This document shows positions 1 through 11,299 of a DNA stretch of 64,000 nucleotides, piece by piece. The stretch spans positions 3,236,419-3,300,418 of the forward strand of contig MU058198.1 in the NCBI GenBank assembly GCA_013265495.1, written 5' to 3'. Positions within the stretch are counted from its first letter, which is position 1; the number at the start of each line of letters is the position of its first letter. The translations under genes were made by a program, and so were the position numbers. A model generated the notes under the pieces. It was given only the letters and a program-made list of their open reading frames with translations, was not told the origin of the DNA and did no database searches. Source of the DNA: Vicugna vicugna (taxonomy: Eukaryota).

Positions 1-147
1 CTTAAAATGGACTTGATGATGTCTTGTGCATTGCCTCACATAGCTGTCATGATGACAAAATAAAGTAAATGAAATAATACACACGAAAGTTCCCTAAAGA
101 GTATAAAATGAAAGCTGATGTGCCGTGGTATTGTTTTCAAGGATGTA

Positions 148-486
148 CAGTGGTCCCTTAGCATCTGTGAGGGGCTGATTTCAGGACACCCTTTTCTCCC
201 TCCCCTGCGGCCAAGGTTATCAAAATCTGTGGATGCTCAAGTTCTTTATATACAAATGGCACAGTATTTACGTATAACCTATGAACATCCTCCCATGTAC
301 TTTAAATCATCTCTGGATGATTTATAATACCTAATACAATGCAAATGCTATGTAAATGGTTGCCAGCATGCGGCAAACTCAAGTTTTGCTTTGTGGAACT
401 TTCTGGAATTTTTTTTTCTTGAATATTTTCGATCCATGGTTGGTTGACTCAGCAGATGTGGAAACTTGGATACAGAGGGCCAACTG
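148..486. mobile_element. MER2/Tigger-type MITE (TcMar)
   Basis: TA|CAGTGGTCCCT...GAGGGCCAACTG|TA terminal inverted repeats with TA duplication. Confidence 0.75.
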
Positions 487-2075
487 TATAGTTCCTGGAA
501 CATGAATGCACGAGCACATGTCCTTGGGAGAGGGTGGCAAGGACAGAGGTGGGTGGTCATGTGCTCTAGAGGCCAAGAGGCTCCCTAAAACCCATGACAC
601 TGGCACACATGCCAAGTCTCACCTCTCGCCCTGCCCAAACCATGAGCCATAGTGAGGACAGTGGAATGTGATGACCAGGGCGCAGCCAAGCAGAGTGAGT
701 CTGAGTGGTGCCGAGAAAGGCCACCCAAAGGAGCAGGCGGAGGGACGTGCTGCAGTCCGCTCCACGGAGGGCAGACGCTGCTGCTGCTCCCCCCCTGCAG
801 GCCTTAAGCTTTAAAGTTGACAAGCTACACAGCCAAAATGCCACCAAGGCGCCCTCCCTTCGCACCTAGAGAGGTGACAGCTTTCCTGGGGAATCAGTCC
901 CTGGGGGACTCCAGGACACACTGGCAGGGGACTGAGGAGGAACACAATTGTGGTTTAGCTGTAGAAAGGTACATAGCTGTGTCACCACCCTGCAACCATG
1001 ACAAAGACGAGACGATGTATCCACCATCCAACGCTGCACGTGCTCTGCAGAAGCCCCTGCGACAGAGTCCCCGGGACGGTGAGCAGGCCGCAGAGCACCG
1101 GCGGGGGCGGGGGGGACTGTTCAACTACAGTGTGGCTGGCATGTGACGTGTGTATCACATCATGTCTTTATCATGTTTGTCCCCAAACCTTCCAATTCTC
1201 TCTCACAATAAAGTGTCTCTACCACGTGAGACCCGCTGCGTTAGGTGCTTTAATTACATGCTTTTACTCGATACCCACATCCACCATGGTCAGGAGATAC
1301 TGTCACCAGCAGTTCACCCAAATAAAAGACACTGAGACTCAAAGAGGGGCACTAACCCATCCCAAGACCCCAGCTGGTAAGTGGCAGAGGCAGGATCTGA
1401 GCTAGAGGGGCTCTGACTCCTGGCCCAGGCTCCCGTCACAGCCGTGAAGCCCCTCACTCTGACACCTTGGCTGCGCTGTGCTCTGTGGCTCCACCCACTT
1501 CCAGTTAGGTCAGCCTCCTCCTGTCCCCTCTGCATCCTCCACCCTCCTCCCCCTGTCTTCCTGAACGCCATCCGCGAAGCCTCCCCACTCCTGAGCGAGG
1601 TCCCACTTGAACCCTGTGCGATTTAGCATCACCCTGATTTCCCTCGACTAGTTTTATAAACATCAGCTGTTTTGGTAGCTTCATGATCTACCTTCCCTTT
1701 CAGGGAGGGTGATCTGGTTTCACCAAATACCCTTCTGCACAGTTTGAATTTTTAATGTCTTTTTTAATTGCTTTTTAAAACTAAGTAATTAAAGCAACCA
1801 AAGGACTAAAAGTGAAAAAAAACAGACAAGAGCTGGGAGGTGCAGGGACCAGGGAGAGGATCAGCCTCGAGGAAGCTCAGCTCCTCACTTTTCAGAGCTG
1901 GGAGTCAAGACATAGCAGTGAAATGTGATAAACAAAGATCTTCTTTAAAGTCTAGAAAGAAGAATGAGAAGACTAAAAGCAAAATGTTTAAAACCTGTGA
2001 CTCCTGAGGAGGACTAAGGAGGGGAGGGAGAAAGATTTTCACTTTTTTATACCTTTTCATATTAAAAAAAAAATT

Positions 2076-2232
2076 GGGGGGCGGTTATGACTCAGTGGTA
2101 GAGTGTATGCTTAGCATGCATGAGGTCCTGGGTTCAATCCCCAGTACCTCCAATTAAAAAATAAATAAATAAATAAATAAATAAATAAACAAACAAACAC
2201 ACCCTCTGAAAAAAAAGAAAAAAGAAAAAAAA
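2076..2232 (+). mobile_element. tRNA-derived SINE, Vic-1-like (camelid)
   Basis: Pol III A box (TGACTCAGTGG) and B box (GGTTCAATCC), followed by a (TAAA)n / A-rich tail. Confidence 0.85.
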
Positions 2233-3322
2233 AGTAATGAGATTTAAAAAGATATAATTCCTAAAAGCACTACTTTTGTTATTTTATAATAAAATTTTTA
2301 GATCTCAAAAAAAAAATTCTTTTCCATCCACAAAATCCTGGTTGGTGGCAGAGAGAAGGAGGTAAATTTTATTTGATTAAACTCACTGCTGCTCTTTCTT
2401 TCTGTGGGAACGCATCCAGGTGCATCTGGCCCCCTCTTCATCTGCGAGCAGAGCCCGCGTTCTCGGCAACCCTGATGCCTTCACGTGAGCTGCCCTTGGA
2501 AGGTGCAGGCTGCCCATGGCAGGGACCAAGAGCACTGGGTCCAAGGACCCTCAGAGCTCACTGGGCCATGCTCAGTATTTCTGGAATGACAAGAGCTCCC
2601 TAAACCCACGACAGCAAAAGAGCATTCCGTTCAATATGAGGAATTTCTTGAGACTCAGGGCAACTTCATCCTAGAACACGATCTCTTGGAGAGCCTAAGA
2701 ATGTATTTGTCTATAAGCTAGAGACAAGCATCTAACCTCCCGAGGGCTGTTACACCTCAGATGCACAGGTCAGAGAATCCAGCCTTATGGTGATTTCTTT
2801 CTTTTTCTTTTTTCTAAGTAAATTTTGGTTTTCCCTTCTTTCTTTCTTCTAACTGCTTTATTGCAGTATAATTCACATACCACACAATTCAAGGGCTTTT
2901 AGTGTAGTCACAGAGTTATGCGGCCAGCCCCACAATCAACTTGAGAACAATTTTCACCATCCCAAAAAGAGACCCGATAACTTTTAGCAATCATCCCCTG
3001 TGTCCACCAACTGCTCCCCTGTCCCCAGCCCTACGCAACCCCCAATCTGTTTTCTGTCTCTATAGATTTGCCTGTTCTGGACATTTCGTACAGATGGAAT
3101 CACATAACATGTGGTCTTTTGTGACTGGCTTCTTTCACCTTAGCAAGATTTTTTTTTTATTTTATATTTTTAATTGCACAAGAAATATGTGAACTTATGC
3201 TCCTTTTTAAAAAAAATCAGAAAATAATAAATAAACTAAATCCCCTATGACCACCACCTTAATCCCTCCCCATCTCCCCAGAGAAAACCAGTGTTTTGAG
3301 TCCGCTGAGTAACCTTCCACAT

Positions 3323-3531
3323 CAGGCCTCAGCAAACTTCCCCTGTTAAGGTCCAGATATTTTAGGCTTTGAGAGTCACAAGCTCTCTGTCCTAACTGCT
3401 CACCTCTACCTTCATAGTGAGGAGCCGCAGGCCACAGGTGAGTGAGTGGTCACGGGGGCGCTCCAATAAAACTTTAACAAAACCAGACGGCAGGCCAGAC
3501 TTGGCTTATGAGCTAAAGCCTGCTGACCCCT
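3323..3531 (+). mobile_element. MER58A-like hAT MITE
   Basis: CAGG..CAGCAAACT...ATATTTTAGGCTTTG...ATAAAACTTTA...GCTGACCCCT. Confidence 0.65.
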
Positions 3532-3581
3532 ATTCCGTAGGAATACACAATGAGTTTTAAAGTATCAAAAAAGGCACTCTT

Positions 3582-3756
3582 GGTTTTTTGTAAATGAAGT
3601 TTTACTGGAACAGCTACGTCCATTCATGTTATGAGTTGTCTAGGCTGCTTTCACGCTACGAAGGCAGTACGCTGTCCATCTCTACTGACCGTAAGGCCCT
3701 CAAAGCCTAAAATAGTTACCGTCTGGCCCCTGGTAGAAAAAGTTTGCTGAACCCTG
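3582..3756 (-). mobile_element. MER58-like hAT MITE, inverted relative to the neighbouring copy
   Basis: ...CAAAGCCTAAAATA...CTGGCCC...AAGTTTGCTGAACCCTG is the reverse complement of the MER58 5' part. Confidence 0.65.
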
Positions 3757-4041
3757 CTACAGAAAATACACTCTACTTTTTGTACGTTCTCTTCACTTAT
3801 TGGGTAAAATTCTATATACTATTCTGCAACTTGTTATTCACTCAACAGTATACTCAGAGATTTGCCCATATCGTTCTGTGTAGATCGAATTAACACCTTA
3901 GCTGCCACATAGGGAACTCCCATTGTAGGAATATACCGTATCTTATTTAGCCATTTCCAAGCTGATGGACATTCAGGCTGCCTCAAATGCTCCACCATTA
4001 CAAACACTGGTGCAATGAACATCCTTAAAAATCCCCCCTTG

Positions 4042-4236
4042 ATATATAAAATAGATAAACAACAAGTTTATACTCTATAGCACAGGGAACTATATTCAAC
4101 ATCTTGTAGTAACTTATGGTGAAAAAGAGTATGAAAACGAATATATGTGTGATCATTTATGACTGAAGAATTATGCTGCACACCAGAAACATTGTACACA
4201 GCATTGCAAACTGACTATACTTAAATAAAAAAAAAA
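4042..4236 (+). mobile_element. L1 3'-end fragment (young, lineage-type)
   Basis: ATAAACAACAAG...TAGCACAGGGAACTATATTCAA...GACTATACTTAAATAAAAAAAAA. Confidence 0.75.
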
Positions 4237-4369
4237 GATATATATATATATATACAGGTGCAAGGGCCTCTCCAGGGTTCATAGCAGGAATACAGGACAT
4301 ACACATTTTTAACTGGGAGAGACATTGCTTTCCAATGAGGCTGGCCCTGACCCCAGTGCCTGAGTCTTA

Positions 4370-4609
<240 letters not shown>

Positions 4610-5399
4610 TCAAATCTCCTCATTCATAGTAAAATCACTGAATAGGGCTGTGAGAAATGCAGTCCCAGACTGTGACAGCCGTTTAAGAGCCTGACCTAGG
4701 GAAGAAGGGTCTCAGTGGCCAGTGAGAGCCCAGAAATTAACTCCTGGCCAAAAAGCATCATCAAATCCTTACAGTCATCTTTATTTTTTTTTAAATCCCT
4801 TTCCCCCTTTCCTGCGATTAAGATGGCATCTTTCCCTGTGGCTCTCAAGCTGGGATTTGAATTCTCCGTATCACACACGCCAAAAGAATGTAGTGAGAGG
4901 AAAATGCTTCCTTCGGGGGCAAGAATGTAACTGAAGCGGAACAGACTTTCTAAGTGTGTTCCTAGAAAACGGAAAAATGGCAGGAGGCAGCAGATTTTAA
5001 CTACCGTGGGATCTACTCTTAAATGTCAACTTAACATCATGCGAGACAGCCTTAATATCTGCGATGGACATGAACTCTGTTCCCCTCTGGTGCCCACCTG
5101 GTGAACCCGGCCCTAGAGCACCGTCCAGGGACGCACAGCTCCTGGGTCTGTTTGCATACCTGCCTTTTAAACAAAAGACTGCGTAACAACAAATGACCGA
5201 ATCAGGGAGATGATCAACTTACTCCTGAGAAGGTTTAAGCCTCTCGTTTTGCTAGACCATTCGTTATTGGGGACTTTACATAAAAAACTGGTAGCGTATC
5301 TGTGGTCTCATTTTACATTTGGACTACAAGGGCCCAGGAAGCTCTCAGAGCCCACTTTTTGCACACCTGTTCCTACTCTGCGTTCCTGACGGCACCTCA

Positions 5400-5624
<225 letters not shown>

Positions 5625-6877
5625 TCAGAAGTTAAAAGCAAGAATGAACAAAGAAGTGGAAATTAACTGCTGAGAAACAAGAGGTGAAAGGAATGCCACT
5701 GGAACTTTTCCTATTTCATCTTAGGGGTGACCACATTCTGTTCATTTGCTTCCATCATTCACGGAAGCTGCAACCATCATGTCAGTAAAATTTTCTGACA
5801 CATTTACGCTTTGTGTAGTATTTGCCGAAAGCAGTATTAAAGATACCAGCTCCCTTAATCCTACAACCCGTCAGAGTCAAGAATCTCTTCTTCAATAATG
5901 TCCATCACCAGTGGGAGGAAGGCAGCCTGCTCCTGGCCGTCCCTTCCTTCCACTCTGCTCCCGCAGGAAGCAGGGCCTCAACATTCTTTAGCCTCTGGGA
6001 CAAGAGCACCCACATCCACTGCGCCTCTCCCACAGCCGAGACCTGGCCAGTGAGTGTGCCAAAAACACCTATGAATCACCAGGAACTCGAACAATAAACA
6101 CACTCCCTGGAATGTCCGAGGTAATTATACATGAATGTAATTAAGGAGAATAACTACTAAATAAACCAAGTTAGTGACACACAGCAGCCGAACGGCAGAA
6201 GCAGGCCTTCCTGAAGCGACTTCCTGATTTGACAGCAGCCTTTGTCACGAGGTCTGTATGACTTAAAAGTTTATGATGCTTTTAACGTGGATGGGAAACA
6301 GCTTGGGGAAACGTGGAACACACACTGTTTGCCCAAATGGGAGTGAGGAGTGCTTCGCTCTCAGACGGCAGCTGGGGAAGGCCCATTTTCCCTGTAGCCA
6401 CTCTGGGACCTAACACAGCATCCCTGCCCTGAAAACCCTGCTGCTGTCCTATCAAAAAACTCCCTCTAATCCATTTGCTCTCTTAAACCTACTTTTTAGG
6501 TTGAACTGTCTGAGGTTCTGTGATGCTGTGAAAGGGAAAGTCTGCTACCCTTCCAACGTAACTTGCTGCCAACTTGCTGCCACGAATGTCTGCCTGCCTC
6601 TTGTACGTCCTAAGCCCCTGCAGAAGTGTCTGTCACTTCCCCAGAGTGCGTGAAGCACCCAGGCTGCACTGGAGCTAGGTAAATATATTAAGCACAATTA
6701 TTTCCACAATGGCAATGTTTTCATGGAAAAGGTTTCCATATCTGTTGAGAAGGAAAACAGTGAACCCTTCCATTTCTGTAAAATCAGTCACCTGGAAAGG
6801 CAAACAAACCCAGGCCCCAGAAGCTTCGAAAAGAGCGAGTGAAGACAAGCCAGGGAGCTGGCGGGAGGAATGCTTAC

Positions 6878-7076
6878 GTGGGTGGGGGAGCAGTGCCATC
6901 TCCAGCCCCTTGGCAAAGTGGGCGGTGGCGCCGTAGAACTCCAGCAGCCTGACGAGCTCCAGCTCGGGCCCGGCCCGCTCCACGCCCGAGCTCAGGCAGA
7001 CGGGCAGAGAGGGCACCAAGGCCCCCAGGGTCTGAATCAGCAGCACAGTCACCACCTCGTGGGGGTTCTTGAAAAC
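6878..7076 (-). CDS. COG7: COG7 exon 7 ([20 protein letters not shown]...EMALLPHP)
   Basis: CTGCAG| acceptor, C|GTAAG donor; 199 nt. Confidence 0.96.
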
Positions 7077-7839
7077 CTGCAGGGAGAGGAAGAGGCATCG
7101 GCGCTAGCGCAGGGGGGCATACCTTCTAAAGAAGCGGGCTCCGGGATCGCTCAAAGGAACCCCCTCCGAGAGCTGAAAAGTGGGCTGTCAAGTCAAGAGC
7201 TGTAAGCCCCAAGCTTTCCTCACCACCAGCGCGAACAGGCTCAGAGAGCCAAGTAAACCACCAAGACTTGCACTTTGTCCAAAAAATTGGCTACTTCGTG
7301 TCTATCAGAGGCCCCAAGTGCCTATTTTTAAATCTATCACGTATAGTAGCTAGATGGTCACCAAAACTTGGCTAGAGAGAAGACGAAATGCAGAAGTTGG
7401 GAGGGTGTGGATTGTGGGGGGACAAATGGAATTAAAGATGAGCACTTCACAGAATCGGCTGGAGGACATTTAAGCACATTTACAGACTAGCCTGCAGCCA
7501 CCAATCCCCTTGCCACAGACTTTCAGTAAGATGGATTTATCTGTTTTTCTGAGGACCACCAGGAATAGCACATCCAGAGCCTTTTAGAGCTCACATTCAC
7601 TTAGTCATTAAGAGATGTTTTTCCCATTTTATATAAACAGATCTCTTAGATAAAACTTGAAAAGTGCACACAGTACATTTAGGGGATTCTTGCAAGCCCA
7701 GTGTTGATTAAATAGCTTTTTTATTATAATGTAACTTAAATATGTACAAACATGAAACAAGGTAAAAGACTGTTCTTATGTAACACTAAGGCCAAAAGAA
7801 GTGTAAGTTTAAAAATTATAAAATCCATAAATTCAAAGT

Positions 7840-8400
7840 TTGATTAGAAAATATCTTGAGATGAATGAAAATGAAAAAGGGATACAGAAAAAGCAGTGCA
7901 AAGGGGGAAATTTATAGCTGCAAACGCATATATTAAATACGCAGAAACCTTTCAACAATAACCTAACTGTACACAGTAAGGAACTAGAAAAAGAAGAAAC
8001 TAAACCTAAAGCTAGCAGAAAAAAAGGTTACAATAAAGATTAGAGCAGAAGTAAATGAAATAGAAAACAGAAAATCAATAAAGAAAATCAACAAAACTAG
8101 AAGTTGGTTTGTTCAAAAGATTAACAAAACTGACAAACCTTTTGTCTAGATTGACTTAAAAAAAAAGAGAGAAAGAGAGAAGACTCATATTACTAAGATC
8201 AGATATGAAAGTGGGGACATACTATCAATTTTACAGAAATAAAAAGGAAGATAAGAGAATATTATGAATAGCTGTATGCTAAAAAAGTGGATAACCTAGA
8301 TGACATAGACAAAAATTCCTGGACATACGACTCACTAAAACTGACTCAAGAGGAAACAGAAAACGTGAATAGATCATTCTAGGAAGGAAACTGAATCAGC
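7840..8400 (+). mobile_element. L1 ORF2 fragment, degenerate
   Basis: A-rich ORF2-like sequence (AAGATTAGAGCAGAA...AAAATCAACAAAACTAGAAGTTGG...GGATAACCTAGATG). Confidence 0.75.
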
Positions 8401-9339
8401 ACTCCCTTAGGAAAGACGAAGATGTTCTATTGCTTCTAAACTGCCTCTCTCATCAATAGTATGATCTGACTGCCTCCGCACAGGTTCCTCTGGGTTCAGA
8501 ACGCCGGCCCTTCCCCACGGTGTGTGATGAGGATTCTCACACTGCCCCATCTCTATTCAAACTACAAACGACTGAGGAAACACCAAGTTGGCGAAGGCAT
8601 TCGACAGGACTCATGTGACACCGGCACTTCCATCATCTAAGTATTAAGTTCGTCTCTTTCTCTCTTCATTGGCCCCCAACAGAACACGGGGTACCAATGT
8701 GACTATTGGCACAAATGCACCCACTGAAGTTGCACAGCAGCAACTGGTTATGAGGTGGTCAAGGTACACGATCCAAAATGCACTTACATTTTTTTTTCTT
8801 AGATTATTACCGAAGTCGAAAACAAAATTTTGAAATTCTCATAGAGAATTCACAAAACATCAGTGAACACCAGTTTAGTTTAATGAACATCACTGCTGGA
8901 GTCTGAGAGAAAGAAACAGAGAAAATTCGAACCTAACCCAATAAATACCAACGTGACCAATTTAGCTTTCCCGAGCAACAGCTTCCAGCCCTCTGCTGGA
9001 TGTCACCATTAAGCTGAGCCACTTTCACTTGGAATTTAAAATGTCCCAAATTGGCATTCATTATTTTCCTGCTGACCTGCCCAGGCCTGTTTGTCTCAGC
9101 TTCCTCTTATTTCTGTCAGGAGCATCTGCATCTAACTACGAAAAAAGCCTCCCTTTTGACTTTCCTTTCTTTCGGTCCCTTTATCAGTTACCAGGTCCTC
9201 ACATCTGTTCTTCTCTGTTTTCTTTTTCAGTTTTATTAGGTAGAACTGTTACAATTCGACATCACATATACAATGTATTGCATGTAAATACATATACACA
9301 ATACACTGCACATATTTTAAAATTTACATATATGTACTA

Positions 9340-10640
9340 TTCATTGTTTCTTTTTTATTATATTTATTTTTTAACTTTTTTATTGAGTTATAGTCATTTA
9401 ACAATGTTGTGTCATATTATTCATTGTTTCTAAGAACGTTTAGAGCTTTAGCTTTTTAGACTTATATAGTTATCAATGGAATAAAGCCAACCACAAAATA
9501 AGAATTAATTCAAAAAGATACATACACTCTGCTATTAACAGCAACATTATTTATCATTGCCAAGATATAGAAGCATCCTAAGTGCACATCAATAGATGAA
9601 TGGTTAAAAAAGATGCAGCATATAAACATAATGGAATACAACTCACCCATAAGAAAGAAGGCTATTTTGCCATTTGTGGCCTTTCATTTTTTTTTCACTT
9701 CAAAAATCAGAATTTTATAACTGGCATAAACATTCCCATTGCATCAAAAACAACAAAAAAAAACCTAGAAATAAACTTAACCAAGGAGGTTAAGTATACT
9801 CTGAAAACTGTAAAACACTGAAGAAGGAAACTGAAGATGATACAAAGAAATGGAGATATCTTGTGCTTTTCGATTGGAAGATTCAATGTTATCGAAATGG
9901 CTGTACTACCCAAAGCAATCTACAGATCCAATGCAACCCCCGTCAAAATACATTTTTCACAAAACTAAAACAAACAATAATTGTTCATTTTTTAACTGGA
10001 TGCCTTTTGCCATGTTACTCTCACCATCCTAGACAAAGCTGCCTGCCTGTCTTTAAATCTTTCCTCATCAATTCACCACTTCACCTACTCACCACCAACA
10101 AATTTAGTATTATTAAGTGCTATTTTAGAATTTTTCTTACATTTTAAATGTTTCAGTATTGCAAGATTCAACAATTAACATTTTGCCACAATTGCTTTAT
10201 TTTCATTTCTCTCTAAACCGGTGGAAAGGTAATCACAGATATCATGACATGTCACCCCTAAATATCTCAGCATGTATCTCTTAAGAATAAGGCCATCTCT
10301 TCTATCACAGTACCACAACTAATCATACTTGATGTAATCCTTTTTACCTGCTATGGTCCATGTTCAAATTTCCTCAACTGTCCCTTTAATGTTTGTGATA
10401 GCTTTTTTGGTCATCATGCAGAATCCAATCCAGGATCATGAAATGATATTTAGTTGTCATTTTCTTGTCCCCTTTAATCTAAATAATTCCCTGCCTTTTT
10501 CCTCTTCTATGATATTGATATTTTTGAAGAGTCTAGGACAGTTGTTTCCAAAAACAGTCTCTAATTTGGATTTGTCCACATGTTTCCTCATGAGAGCATT
10601 AGGGCTAAGACTTTTTGGCAGGGGAACTACATAGGTGACG
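9340..10640. mobile_element. Cluster of L1 fragments in mixed orientation
   Basis: L1 3'UTR and ORF2 motifs (CCTAAGTGCACATCAATAGATGAATGG; CCCAAAGCAATCTACAGATCCAATGCAA) and old L1M 3' ends. Confidence 0.6.
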
Positions 10641-11299
10641 TTCTGACACCAAAATCACTCTTAAAACAGGAATGTCATCATTCTCCCACACTGCTCCAGA
10701 TGCTCGCTATCTTCTAGAGAAAGCCAAACCCCCGTCTTGAATTCAGTGTTCCTCCACTGTATGTTCCCATCCCTCCACACAATGTTGCACCAATACAAAC
10801 CCTCCTCTGTCTCCATCCAATGTATTCTCCTCATGATTCCCAAACATAAGAGAACCACAGAGACCTGTAGATATCACCCAGTCCAACTTCCTGATTGGAC
10901 AAAGAAACATTTTACTACAAGAAAGGAAGGGACCAAAGGAGGAAAATGAAAACTATTCTTGTCTAGAAAAAGAAATCCTGACTCCTCTCCTTGTACAGTG
11001 AGAAAGGACTGGACAATAAGTGACTACTTCACTCATCTCCCACGTAAACGACCTGAGGCGTTGGAGGAACAGACTAGACGACTCTACACCAAAGAGTTCT
11101 AACTGGTTGGTCAGCTGGAACTGTCGACTATAAACTTCATAGTTCCAGCTGACCAACCAACAGGTCCCGTATACTCAAAGGTGTCCCCTTTCCCTTAAAG
11201 TGAGCTGGCAGAAGGGAAATGCTCTGGTCTTTGGCCAAAGAACAACCAAAAAGTTCAGACTGTAAGACCAAACTCAACAACTAGGGCCACAGAATTAAC

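Noticed and set aside
2076..2152. tRNA gene (and the four similar copies)
   Set aside because: A-rich tails, TSDs, truncations and divergence identify them as SINEs.
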